From contig CAYFZQ010000002.1 of NCBI GenBank assembly GCA_964347825.1, positions 1-57,526 of the forward strand: DNA of 57,526 nucleotides. The letters are read 5' to 3'. The notes under the pieces are model-generated. The model had not been told where the DNA came from, did not search any database, and worked only from the letters and a program-made list of their open reading frames with translations. Below are positions 37,062 to 46,161 of the stretch, piece after piece (position 1 is the first letter of the stretch; every line of letters starts with the position of its first letter). Made by a program: the position numbers and the translations under genes. This DNA is from an uncultured Candidatus Bathyarchaeia archaeon (GTDB lineage: Archaea; Thermoproteota; Bathyarchaeia; Bathyarchaeales; Bathyarchaeaceae).

Positions 37062-38160
37062 AAGGCCCCTGCAGACTGTGCTATCTGAGACCTCGCAAGA
37101 AGAACTGCCCGGAATCGGCCCTCGTCTCATCGCAGTGGTCGGCGTCGGCAACGCTGGGAACGTCACCATCAATCACTTAAAGGATTCGCATACCACAGGA
37201 ATCAAATACATTGCCATTGACACCGACATTCACCGCCTCGAGGCAACACACGCGACGAAAAGAATGTTGATTGAAAAAGTTGCCGAACGAGGTTTGGGTT
37301 CGGGCGAGTCCCCAATCACTAGACTATCAGCTACAATGGCGAAGTCCAGAAAGCAGATTGAAAAAGCCCTCTCAAACATGGATGTGACATTTGTCGCGAC
37401 CGCTTTAGGGGGAGACACTGAGACCGTCGCAGCCAGTATGGTGGCTGAAACGGCCCGGGCTGAGGGATCAGTTGTGATTGGAGTTGTAGTAATGCCCCTC
37501 CATCCTGAAAAGGGGCGAATTAGTCGGGCAGCTCAGGGTGTGGCCGAGCTGCAGGCAAAATGTGACACAATTGTGGTGATCGATAACGAGAAGCTGAGAC
37601 GTTTAGCGCCAGATCTCCCACTTGATAAGGCTTCTAAGTTTGCGTGCCAAGTGTCAGCTGACGCGATGGACGGCATAATCGATACCATGTTAGATCCGTG
37701 TTTAGTTAAGTTGGATTTCGCCCGTTTCCGAGAAATCGTGAAAAGAGGTGGACTCGCTGTTGTCGGGATTGGAGAGTCGGACGCCCCCGATAGAGCGAAG
37801 AGAGCAGTTCGCAAAGCCCTCGGAAGTCCCTTATTGGATGCGGACTGTTCAGGCGCCGAAGGAGCGTTGGTTCATATAACCGGAGATGATAAGATGACCC
37901 TCGAAGAAGCTAACAGAGTTGGAGAGATGGTGGCCGAAATGATGCATGAGAATGCGCTGGTCAGCTGGGGTGCAAGAGTGAACCCGAGCCTACCCGGTAT
38001 CTTGCGGGTGACTCTGGTGATGACAGGTGTCCAGTCGCCGCGTTGGTTGGGGGGCTTTGATACGTCCACGCTTGGTCTTTATGACATGGATCCCCAGGAA
38101 GAACATGAGAAACCATTGCAGGTTGATTTGGATCTACATCAACTTGAGAACTTCGAATAG
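37045..38160 (+). CDS. FtsZ/tubulin-family protein with degenerate GTP-binding and T7 motifs
   Basis: Collinear with FtsZ: VVGVGNAGNVTINHL (T1), ERGLGSGESP, ALGGDTETVAAS in place of GGGTGTG (T4), VIDNEKL, KLDFARF in place of NxDFAD (T7), SPLLD. Confidence 0.8.
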   Translation: MNKPAERPLQTVLSETSQEELPGIGPRLIAVVGVGNAGNVTINHLKDSHTTGIKYIAIDTDIHRLEATHATKRMLIEKVAERGLGSGESPITRLSATMAKSRKQIEKALSNMDVTFVATALGGDTETVAASMVAETARAEGSVVIGVVVMPLHPEKGRISRAAQGVAELQAKCDTIVVIDNEKLRRLAPDLPLDKASKFACQVSADAMDGIIDTMLDPCLVKLDFARFREIVKRGGLAVVGIGESDAPDRAKRAVRKALGSPLLDADCSGAEGALVHITGDDKMTLEEANRVGEMVAEMMHENALVSWGARVNPSLPGILRVTLVMTGVQSPRWLGGFDTSTLGLYDMDPQEEHEKPLQVDLDLHQLENFE

Positions 38161-38213
38161 CTGAGACCAAGACACCGATTAATACTCAGATTGGTCTACT
38201 TCTGTGAGCGTGT

Positions 38214-38858
38214 TCAGAACCATTTCTTGAGGCTTAACGACTCTCGTTCCAATCTCAGCCGCCAGGGAATTGGTTTCCCGACCGGAACGATTGCGCCTTC
38301 TCTTACCGCTTGGACGATTTCTTCAACTTCCGGGTCTGCATCAATCAGAGTATAGGCAAATCCGATCTCAGGAGCGTAGTGCGCGTCGCTTCCAGCAGTC
38401 TGCGGAAGGTCAAGTCGACGAGCGAGTTTTCGGTTTAGACAGGTTGAGAGGAGGAAAGGAAAGGCGGAAGCGTTTATTACTTCGATGGCATCAAGACTTG
38501 CGTCCACTCGGTTCATTTTCTTGTAGAAGACGCTAGGATGGGCGGCGATCGCTGTACCGCCGGCTTCGCGGATTAGCCGAGTAGTTTCGCGAATGGTCAA
38601 TCCGGGCGGAATCGACTGAGTCATGTTTAGAGCGAGGACGTGCCCTTCTAGAGTGCTTACTTCGACCCCAGGTATGATGATTAGTTCCTTTTCTTTGCGG
38701 AGTCGAAGTGCTCCGTCAATGGTGTCATGGTCGGTTATCGCTACTCCATCTAGACCTCGTTTCTTGGAGTAGAGAACGACTTCTTCGAGAGTGGTCAAAG
38801 CATCTGGGGAATAACATGTGTGAACATGGAGGTCGAGTTTCAGTGCCAACCTTTTCAC
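38214..38858 (-). CDS. PHP-domain metal-dependent phosphoesterase
   Basis: LDLHVHTCYSPDA...GLDGVAITDHDTIDG...GSDAH motifs. 4-nt overlap with metG. Confidence 0.8.
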   Translation of the reverse strand: MKRLALKLDLHVHTCYSPDALTTLEEVVLYSKKRGLDGVAITDHDTIDGALRLRKEKELIIIPGVEVSTLEGHVLALNMTQSIPPGLTIRETTRLIREAGGTAIAAHPSVFYKKMNRVDASLDAIEVINASAFPFLLSTCLNRKLARRLDLPQTAGSDAHYAPEIGFAYTLIDADPEVEEIVQAVREGAIVPVGKPIPWRLRLERESLSLKKWF

Positions 38859-40531
38859 TCTGTTTTGGCCACTCTGGTTTCTTCAAGCATGTCTTCTAGT
38901 TCTCGCTCGGTTGCTTCGATCTTTTGGAAAAGGGGTTTGGCCTTGTTTATTTTGTGTCCTGATGGAAGTGGTTCGCCGGTTTTGCTCCACGATTGTTCGT
39001 GGACAGTGGTTGGTAGATTCAGGAGGTTCCACAGCTTGTCGGCAGTATGTGGGATGAAAGGCGCGAGCACCATGGCGAGGTTTTTTACGATTTGAAGCGC
39101 TACGTAGAGGATAGTGGCGGCTGCTTGTGAGTCGGTTTTGATGGTTTTCCATGGCTCTTTTTTGTTCAGGTAGCGATTTCCTAGACGGCTGAGGCTTATG
39201 ACGGTGCGTAAGGCCTTTTGCAGATTCAGTGCTTCAAGTTCTTCTGCTGTTCTATTCGTTCTTTTCGCTAGTAATCCTAGGATGCGTCTGTCATATTCAT
39301 CTAGTTCACCCGGCTTTGGAACTGTACTGTTGAAATGTTTGTTCACAAAGGTTAAGGTGCGATGGATGAAGTTACCTAACGTGTCATTGAGGTCTGCGTT
39401 GACCTTTTCCTTGAATATCTTCCATGTGAAGGTCGTGTCCTTTGTTTCAGGTCGTATTGATACGAGTGTGTATCTCCAGTAGTCAGCTGGAAAGAGTTCT
39501 AATGCTTCATCAATGGATACACCAATCCGTCGACTTTTGGAAAACGGTTGCCCTTGGAAGAGAAGGAACTCGGTTGAGTTGACGTTCCATGGTAGATTGT
39601 AGTTCTCTTTAGTGGCGAGCAGCAGTGCCGGAAGGATGATGGTGTGGAAGGGGATGTTGTCCTTTCCTATGAAATATAGGGTCTTCGCATTTTTGTCGAA
39701 CCAATATTCCTTCCACGCTTCTTCGTCCAGACTCGTGAAGTGTTGAATCGTGGCAGAGATGTATCCCAAAACCGCTTCAACCCACACATAGATTGTCTTG
39801 CCTTCGGCGCCTGGGAATGGTGCGGGAATTCCCCATTCGGTGTCTCTGGTGATTGGTCGGGGTTGCAGACCTTCTTTCAAAAGGTTCAAGCTGAAGTTTC
39901 TAGCGTTTTCCGGTAGCCTCTCATTGTTTTCTATGTATTCGCGAAGTGGCTCGGTGAGTTTTGGCAAGTCGAGGTACCAGTGGGTCACTTGCCTTATCTC
40001 TGGGGTGGAGTGGCAGATTGCGCAGTAGGGCTCAATTAGATTTGTTGGGTCTAGCAAGCGGCCACAACCATCGGCGCACTGATCTCCACGCGCCTGTTCA
40101 TAGCCACAATGAGGGCAGGTTCCTTCCACGAATCTGTCAGGAAGGTATCGCTTGCACTTGGGGCAATAAGGCAATTCCGTCTCTTGGGAGAATACATATC
40201 CATTTTCGTAGACTTTGAGATAGAAGTTCTGCACGAATTCCTTGTGAATAGGATTCTCAGTCCTAGTGTAGTTGTCAAAGCGTATGCCCCAGTCTTCGAA
40301 CAGGCTCACAACTTTTTGATGGTTCTGATCGGTGAGCGCTTGAGGCGTGATGCCTAGCCGTAAGGCTTCAACTTCGATGGGAGTTCCGTGTTCATCAGAC
40401 CCGGTAACGTAGAGAACTTCGTCTCCTCTCAGTCGATGAAACCGAGCTACGATGTCCGCTGGGAGAATGGAACTCACCATGGTTCCTAGGTGTGGTAGGA
40501 CTTGAATGTAAGGCCATGCAGAAGTAACCAA
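38855..40531 (-). CDS. metG: methionyl-tRNA synthetase (core enzyme, no C-terminal tRNA-binding appendix)
   Basis: TSAWPY...PHLGT, GSDEHGTPIE, zinc knuckles CPKC/CPHCG/CADGCG/CAIC and PFSKSRRIG (KMSKS). TTG start. Confidence 0.9.
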   Translation of the reverse strand: MVTSAWPYIQVLPHLGTMVSSILPADIVARFHRLRGDEVLYVTGSDEHGTPIEVEALRLGITPQALTDQNHQKVVSLFEDWGIRFDNYTRTENPIHKEFVQNFYLKVYENGYVFSQETELPYCPKCKRYLPDRFVEGTCPHCGYEQARGDQCADGCGRLLDPTNLIEPYCAICHSTPEIRQVTHWYLDLPKLTEPLREYIENNERLPENARNFSLNLLKEGLQPRPITRDTEWGIPAPFPGAEGKTIYVWVEAVLGYISATIQHFTSLDEEAWKEYWFDKNAKTLYFIGKDNIPFHTIILPALLLATKENYNLPWNVNSTEFLLFQGQPFSKSRRIGVSIDEALELFPADYWRYTLVSIRPETKDTTFTWKIFKEKVNADLNDTLGNFIHRTLTFVNKHFNSTVPKPGELDEYDRRILGLLAKRTNRTAEELEALNLQKALRTVISLSRLGNRYLNKKEPWKTIKTDSQAAATILYVALQIVKNLAMVLAPFIPHTADKLWNLLNLPTTVHEQSWSKTGEPLPSGHKINKAKPLFQKIEATERELEDMLEETRVAKTE

Positions 40532-40735
40532 AACCTTGGCGAGTGTAACACACCTCCGACTTCATTTTATATGATTATAATCCTCTCTATAACTCTGATA
40601 CTTAAGCACAGCGACTTTGAAGCTTTCCACTTCGTGAGCACCATCAATGATTCTAGAGATATGGATAAGCATCCTTTCTACCCAAGTAAAGAAAAAGGGG
40701 TCACTCTGGGAGTGAAAATTGGCCTGGAACCACTG

Positions 40736-41335
40736 CTAGGCTTTCGTTCTTGATGACCCAATAGTATACATGGGTCTGCGTGTCGAGAGGAATATCACTG
40801 CTGCAATTATGATGGTGCAAACTACGATCACGGCTATTAAGATCGTCATCCACCTGTCGATATCCTTGATCATCATTGGTAAATGCGTGCTCACGACGTT
40901 CACAGAGGGAGAACGAGCGAAATCCGGCATGAATGGCTCATCGAATTCTACAGTCCACACTTCTATGTGAATTTGGTCACTCCAAAGCAGCCGCCCATCG
41001 GTTGGTATATCAAAGCGAATTTCTCTGTCTCTTGACTCGCCACCTGAGAGCGCTGGAGGGTCTATCTCAATCGTCTCGTTTCCCACCCAATCATCAGCGT
41101 GATAAGCGTGCCACGGATACCAAATCTTCACATCGTCGATCGTTATCGCTTGCTCTAAGCCGTTCTTGATCGTTATGTGCAATGTCCCAGAGTCACCGGC
41201 ATTGTACTGGGTCTTGTCTGTCCATGCATAGACTTCTACGGTCCCGTTTTCTGCAGATACAGATTGTATGCACATTACTGCCACGAAAGTGATCACCAGT
41301 GAGGTTGCCACGATTTTCCTTCTCAAGATATTCAC
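40736..41335 (-). CDS. secreted/anchored protein of unknown function (signal peptide plus C-terminal TM)
   Basis: Trimmed to GTG 41335: (M)NILRRKIVATSLVITFVAVMCIQSVSA/ENG... C-terminal TM WMTILIAVIVVCTIIIAAVIFL. The longer track ORF would overlap the divergent neighbour. Confidence 0.5.
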   Translation of the reverse strand: MNILRRKIVATSLVITFVAVMCIQSVSAENGTVEVYAWTDKTQYNAGDSGTLHITIKNGLEQAITIDDVKIWYPWHAYHADDWVGNETIEIDPPALSGGESRDREIRFDIPTDGRLLWSDQIHIEVWTVEFDEPFMPDFARSPSVNVVSTHLPMMIKDIDRWMTILIAVIVVCTIIIAAVIFLSTRRPMYTIGSSRTKA

Positions 41336-41457
41336 CAGCCACAATTCTAATTCCAGTCCATTTTTAAGATTTACCACAAGAAACTGGGTTATCTGCGAGT
41401 TGAACAAAGCTATTAACGTTAATAGAGCAAAATAGTCCGCGGAGGACCGCCTTTGGC

Positions 41458-42714
41458 ATGACAAAAGAGAAAAAAGCCACATTTGCTCGGTTGGTCGTTT
41501 TCGACGTTGAGGGAATTTTGCTGCCGAAAAGACGCTACTTACTCTTTGAGGTGGCCAGAAAGCTGAGCCTTCTGAGTTTCCTACAGATCAGTTTTCATGG
41601 TTTTCTCTACGAGATAGGGCTGTCGCCACTCGGATTGGCGCTCAGAAGAATCTTCAGAGTCTTCCGCGGGCTTATGGTTGACGACCTCTTCGAAGTCTAT
41701 AAGAGAATTCCGTTGATGCTCGGAGTCGAAGAGGTCTTCAAAGAGCTAAGTGGGCTCGGCTACAAAACTGCATTGATAAGCTCAGGTCTCCCAGCAGTCA
41801 TTGTCGAGAATCTGGCCACACGATTGAAAGCAGACTATGCTTTCGGCTTGAAGCTTCAGGTCAGCAATGGTCACCTAACAGGTGAAATCGAGGGAGATGT
41901 CCTGAAGCCGAAGGGAAAAGCCCTCGTTTTGAAAGCAATCCTAGAGAAAGAGGGAATATCCCCCAACGATTGTGTTGTAGTGGCCGATGATCGAAACAAT
42001 CTGCCCATGTTTCCTCTCTGCGGAGTAAGCATCGGGTACAACCCTGATTTCATCTTAAGCTACAAATCGGATTTCGTAGTCAGTGGGGACTTGACGAACA
42101 TCCTACCAGTTATTAGGGAGAATGTAGTAAAGGCTCCAACTCTTCCCTCTTCACGAGACCTCATTCGCGAGACGATTCATATAGGGAGCTTCTTGGTGCC
42201 TATTGTGTGTCAATACTCTTTCAATCCGTATTGGATGCTTTGGCTGATTTTCGCTGTGACCATATTGTATGCCGGATCTGAACTCGCTAGGCTCGAAGGA
42301 AAGAATCTTCCAATTTTCTCATCAATTACGTGGAGAGCGACGACCAAAACAGAGCTTTACGAGTTTGCCACAGCCCCCATACTCTTCGCTTCAGGCATAA
42401 TGCTTTCACTTGTTCTCTTTCCTCCGCCGATCAGTTACACATCCATCGCGATACTGACTCTAGGTGACGGTTTCGCTACTATATTCGGCAAAATCTTCGG
42501 AAGAACCCAGTTTCCCTTCAACAAAGGCAGAACGCTAGAAGGATCGATTTGCGGCTTCGCATTCGCCTTCGTAGGCGCTACGCTCTTTGTGAATCCCTTG
42601 AAAGCTTTCATCGGTGCTCTCGTCGGAATGATTGTGGAATCCCTCCCACTGCCGCTTAGCGACAACATAATGGTCCCTTTGATATCGGGAATGGCGCTCT
42701 TGGCTCTTCCTTAA
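41458..42714 (+). CDS. fusion: HAD-superfamily (SerB-like) phosphatase domain plus polyprenol/dolichol kinase-like CTP-transferase membrane domain
   Basis: N-terminal half: VVFDVEGIL (DxD-type motif I), ALISSG, KGKAL, VADDRNNLPMF. C-terminal half is multi-TM with LGDGFATIFGKIFGRTQFPFNKGRTLEGS, a CdsA/Sec59-family signature. Confidence 0.7.
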   Translation: MTKEKKATFARLVVFDVEGILLPKRRYLLFEVARKLSLLSFLQISFHGFLYEIGLSPLGLALRRIFRVFRGLMVDDLFEVYKRIPLMLGVEEVFKELSGLGYKTALISSGLPAVIVENLATRLKADYAFGLKLQVSNGHLTGEIEGDVLKPKGKALVLKAILEKEGISPNDCVVVADDRNNLPMFPLCGVSIGYNPDFILSYKSDFVVSGDLTNILPVIRENVVKAPTLPSSRDLIRETIHIGSFLVPIVCQYSFNPYWMLWLIFAVTILYAGSELARLEGKNLPIFSSITWRATTKTELYEFATAPILFASGIMLSLVLFPPPISYTSIAILTLGDGFATIFGKIFGRTQFPFNKGRTLEGSICGFAFAFVGATLFVNPLKAFIGALVGMIVESLPLPLSDNIMVPLISGMALLALP

Positions 42715-42841
42715 TACGCGTTCGAGGCAGCTCTCAGGGACTCCGTGCAAAGACAAAGTTAAAAGACGACAGCCCACTATGAAACTAGCGACCTAGATTT
42801 GATTGTTGGCAACGACGGCATTTTCGGGAGTCTTCAGTTTG

Positions 42842-43444
42842 ATGCACTCGGAAAAGATTGAGTATAGACCTGCTCCTGTTCGAGAAGTGCTCACCGAGAT
42901 GAAGGATTTATCAGAGATAATGATTGATCTGGCCTATTCTGCCGCGCTTTTCCACAGCCGCGAGCTTGCTGAAGAAGTCTTGGAGCTTGAGAAGCGTGTC
43001 GACTACCTAGCGTACATGCTGGATATGAACGCTATGCTTGCAGCGAGAGACGCGGAAGATGCTGAGTCACTCATCGGAGTTACTAAGGTAGCCGCAGCTA
43101 CTGACAAGATTTCAGATGCTGCTGCCGATATTGCAGCCATCGTACTTCAGGAGATAGGGGTACACCCCATTGTTCGCGAGGCCTTTCAGAAAGTGGAAGA
43201 GCAATTGGCACGAGTAAGAGTCGAGGCAGAATCAGTCTTCGTCAAGAGAACACTGAGAGAGCTGGAACTTGCGGCCCGGATTGGAGTTGACATTATTGCG
43301 ATTCGCCGTGGCAGAGAGTGGGTCATTGATCCTGACGAAGAGGAGAAGATACTTGAGGAAGATGTTCTTATCGCCAGAGGACCACCCGTCGGGATCGACG
43401 ACGTCAAGAAACTAGCCAAGGGAACTAGCAAGGAGCTGGACTAG
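42842..43444 (+). CDS. PhoU-like helical domain plus TrkA-C (RCK C-terminal) regulatory protein
   Basis: Trimmed to ATG 42842. The TrkA-C pattern is VRVEAESVFVKRTLRELELAARIGVDIIAIRRGREWVIDP...EDVLIARG. It is a paralogue of the next gene. Confidence 0.65.
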   Translation: MHSEKIEYRPAPVREVLTEMKDLSEIMIDLAYSAALFHSRELAEEVLELEKRVDYLAYMLDMNAMLAARDAEDAESLIGVTKVAAATDKISDAAADIAAIVLQEIGVHPIVREAFQKVEEQLARVRVEAESVFVKRTLRELELAARIGVDIIAIRRGREWVIDPDEEEKILEEDVLIARGPPVGIDDVKKLAKGTSKELD

Positions 43445-43481
43445 GAGGCGCTAGAGTCTGAGCCTGATCAAAAGGCGTTTT

Positions 43482-44075
43482 GTGAAAATCGCGAATAGAC
43501 TCGCTGCGTTGAAGGACACTTCTGAGCTTATGATCGACCTTTCATACTCCTCCCTTCTTCTGAACAGTCGGGAATTGGCTGAAGAGGTACAGACTCTTGA
43601 GGATCATATGGACAAGCTACATACAGAATTCGAACTCCTGGTTCTATCCAGCGGCTTCAAGCCGGAACAGTCCAAGGATTTTCTCGGTTTAATACGGCTG
43701 GGAGTAGTTACAGAAGAAATTGCTGACGCCGCAGCGGAAATCGCTGATGTTGTCCTAAGAAGATTGGAGCCGCACCCGGTTCTGAAACTGGTGATACAAG
43801 AGGCCGAGGAAACTGTGACAAGGGTACGAGTTCCGCGGAATTCTCCTCTGGTTGGGAAAAAACTACGGGACGCAGAGATTCCAGAAGAAACAGGCATGTG
43901 GGTGCTTGTGGTTCGGAGAAGAAATAGATGGCTGCGCCCTCGTCCGGAGACGGTGATCAAAGCAGGGGACATCTTGATTGCGTCAGGCTACGCGGAAGGC
44001 GGAGCCGATTTTCGAGAGATGGTCTGTGGTGCCCAAGCACCAACCACCAAGACCTCTGAAGCTGAGAGCTGCTAG
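43482..44075 (+). CDS. PhoU-like plus TrkA-C regulatory protein (paralogue)
   Basis: Same architecture: DTSELMIDLSYSSLL... and VRVPRNSPLVGKKLRDAEIPEETGMWVLVVRR...GDILIASG. The 3' end overlaps the convergent transporter gene by 4 nt. Confidence 0.65.
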   Translation: MKIANRLAALKDTSELMIDLSYSSLLLNSRELAEEVQTLEDHMDKLHTEFELLVLSSGFKPEQSKDFLGLIRLGVVTEEIADAAAEIADVVLRRLEPHPVLKLVIQEAEETVTRVRVPRNSPLVGKKLRDAEIPEETGMWVLVVRRRNRWLRPRPETVIKAGDILIASGYAEGGADFREMVCGAQAPTTKTSEAESC

Positions 44076-45313
44076 ACTATCGCTGTCAACGCTATGAGAA
44101 GTGAGATCGTCGTTACACCGTCTGCCAATGAGCTCTCGATAGGAATCACAAAATTGTCTGGGTCCCAACCTCTTCGGTAGGTGGAGATCGCGACGGCGTA
44201 TGAGACTAAGACCATAGTGAAGGCGGCCAAGGCATTTGTGACTAGAAGTTGTGTGGCATATTTCAGCAAGTCACCAAATGTGAATATCCCACTTACGGAA
44301 GAGGATATGACAAAGTAGAGTGCAAACATCACTATCGATGCTACCCACGCCCCCCCGATCTCATTCAGATGTTGTCTAATGGAAGAGAATGACGGTCTTA
44401 TCATTCCCAGAGCCAGCTTGGTGGTGGCAGTGGAGCCTACGATAGAACCCAAGCCACCGATGGTAGTGATCAAGGCAGGATAGACGATGTATATCTGTGG
44501 CCTATCACCTGTAATCCCGCTGATTTCCTGGAGAAAAGCACCGGTAACGTTTACAATCACAGTCACAAACATTAAGGTAAGAATAAATTCCCTAATTATT
44601 TTGGTAAACACTTTCTCTCTGAGGTTTCTAGCGAAAATGTAGAGCACAAGGGAAAGGAATGCAAGATCCACGATTCCAATCACGTAGAGTCCGAAGGAGT
44701 CCAACGTGAAGAATAGGTACAGGCTTGAGATGTAGCATGCGGTGTTAATTATGTCAGCTATTGTGGATATTATTGGGTACGCAACGATATCAGGGTCCAA
44801 TCCACGTCTGAAAGAAAAGACAGAAACCGCCATTGTTATCGGAGACATGAAGATGACTGATAGAGCCATGGTCGCAATGACAACCGCGAGTAACTTGATA
44901 AAGTCGATGGGTGTTGCTTTCCAAAGGAACACACCGAAGATCGAAGTCCCAGCACCGATTGCAACGGCGCTCATCAACGCCAACGTGATGACCGCACGTA
45001 TCAAGATGTGAAAATACCTCGTGTTCTTCGTATACTGGGCTTTGACCGTGCCAAGGTGTAGACTAGTGCCAAGGTGACCACTAAAGAGCCCGCCTATAGC
45101 CCCTCTGACACTGAGAATGCCCGGGAAGAGAATGAGCACCCAAGGGACCTCCTCGATTGAAAACGCGTTGAAGTATAGAAGGAGCAGTGTTCCGGTTAGT
45201 AGTCCGCCTACGCTAAATGAAAAGGACATCAGGGACTGAGATATGCTCTCGGCTAATCCAGTAGCCGTTGTAGGCTTCGCTGCAACAGTCTCCGTCATCG
45301 TCATCACTTCCAT
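44072..45313 (-). CDS. MgtE-type divalent-cation transporter, duplicated membrane domain, no cytosolic N/CBS domains
   Basis: Two repeats carry the MgtE TM signature (GLDPDIVAYPIISTIADIINT and GWDPDNFVIPIESSLADGVTT), with about 10 hydrophobic spans. Confidence 0.75.
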   Translation of the reverse strand: MEVMTMTETVAAKPTTATGLAESISQSLMSFSFSVGGLLTGTLLLLYFNAFSIEEVPWVLILFPGILSVRGAIGGLFSGHLGTSLHLGTVKAQYTKNTRYFHILIRAVITLALMSAVAIGAGTSIFGVFLWKATPIDFIKLLAVVIATMALSVIFMSPITMAVSVFSFRRGLDPDIVAYPIISTIADIINTACYISSLYLFFTLDSFGLYVIGIVDLAFLSLVLYIFARNLREKVFTKIIREFILTLMFVTVIVNVTGAFLQEISGITGDRPQIYIVYPALITTIGGLGSIVGSTATTKLALGMIRPSFSSIRQHLNEIGGAWVASIVMFALYFVISSSVSGIFTFGDLLKYATQLLVTNALAAFTMVLVSYAVAISTYRRGWDPDNFVIPIESSLADGVTTISLLIALTAIV

Positions 45314-45680
45314 CCATCCAGCTCGGCCTCCATTCTGTGAATAGCACGTTCTCGTCGTGGACTAGGAGCCCATGAATAGTCACACCAGCCCATTGATCCA
45401 TATCTGGATCGGCAAATCCCCTTGAAAGTGACACAGCTCGCCTTAGCCCCTTGAATCCAACGTTGACACGATCCTTTCTTAAAGGCTTTTCTCAAACTCA
45501 GCGAATCCAAAACAAGGAAGAACCGGCGCGTCTGCCCATGCCTCAAAGAGCTCAAAGCAGCGTGAATTCAGAACCTGAACCAGTAGAATTACGCAGGAAC
45601 ACACAGCCTCCAGCCGAATGTCACTAGCACGCGCTTCAGTAGCCTAGAGCTTTCGAGGTCCCTCTCTGGGCGCAACGCCT

Positions 45681-46079
45681 TTACAATGAATCTGCGAGCT
45701 CGATGACCTTGTCTTTGATTTTTTCGAAGACCTCTTCGGCACGTCTGCGTGGCAGAAAATAAGGATCATCAACATTCCAGACGACTATCTTGCCCTCGCA
45801 TTCGTGGCATCTGTGTAGGATAGCTTCTTTGTGTTGGGGTTCCATAGCTACTATGAGGTCATACTCATTGAGTCTCTTGCTTTCCAAGCCTTCAGGGTTT
45901 TTTTTGAGGAATTGCTGAGCATTCTCTCGCGTCAGATATCTCTTTGCAGCCGCTGAGACTGGGATCCCGGGGTGCAACCCGGCGGAGTCTGCTTCAACTT
46001 GGGGGTTGAGTTTCTTCAATAGGGCCTCAGCGACTGGGCTTCGATAGGCATTGCCTGCACAGACGAATAGAACTTTCAT
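45681..46079 (-). CDS. low-molecular-weight phosphotyrosine phosphatase/ArsC-type protein
   Basis: The N-terminal P-loop VLFVCAGNAYRSP (CX5R-S) defines the family. 132 aa. Confidence 0.8.
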   Translation of the reverse strand: MKVLFVCAGNAYRSPVAEALLKKLNPQVEADSAGLHPGIPVSAAAKRYLTRENAQQFLKKNPEGLESKRLNEYDLIVAMEPQHKEAILHRCHECEGKIVVWNVDDPYFLPRRRAEEVFEKIKDKVIELADSL

Positions 46080-46161
46080 GCGTTCCTAATCGAGGTAGAT
46101 ACTATTAAAAGAACCTGACGAGTAGCACAATCGAATGCTGGGGCTGTTTGGGCTTCGGGCG

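Noticed and set aside
45213-45555. Two overlapping minus-strand ORFs (73 and 83 aa) upstream of the MgtE-type gene
   Set aside because: They overlap each other and the transporter start in different frames. Their R/S/C/W-rich composition is not protein-like. The region is kept only as an unassigned spacer.
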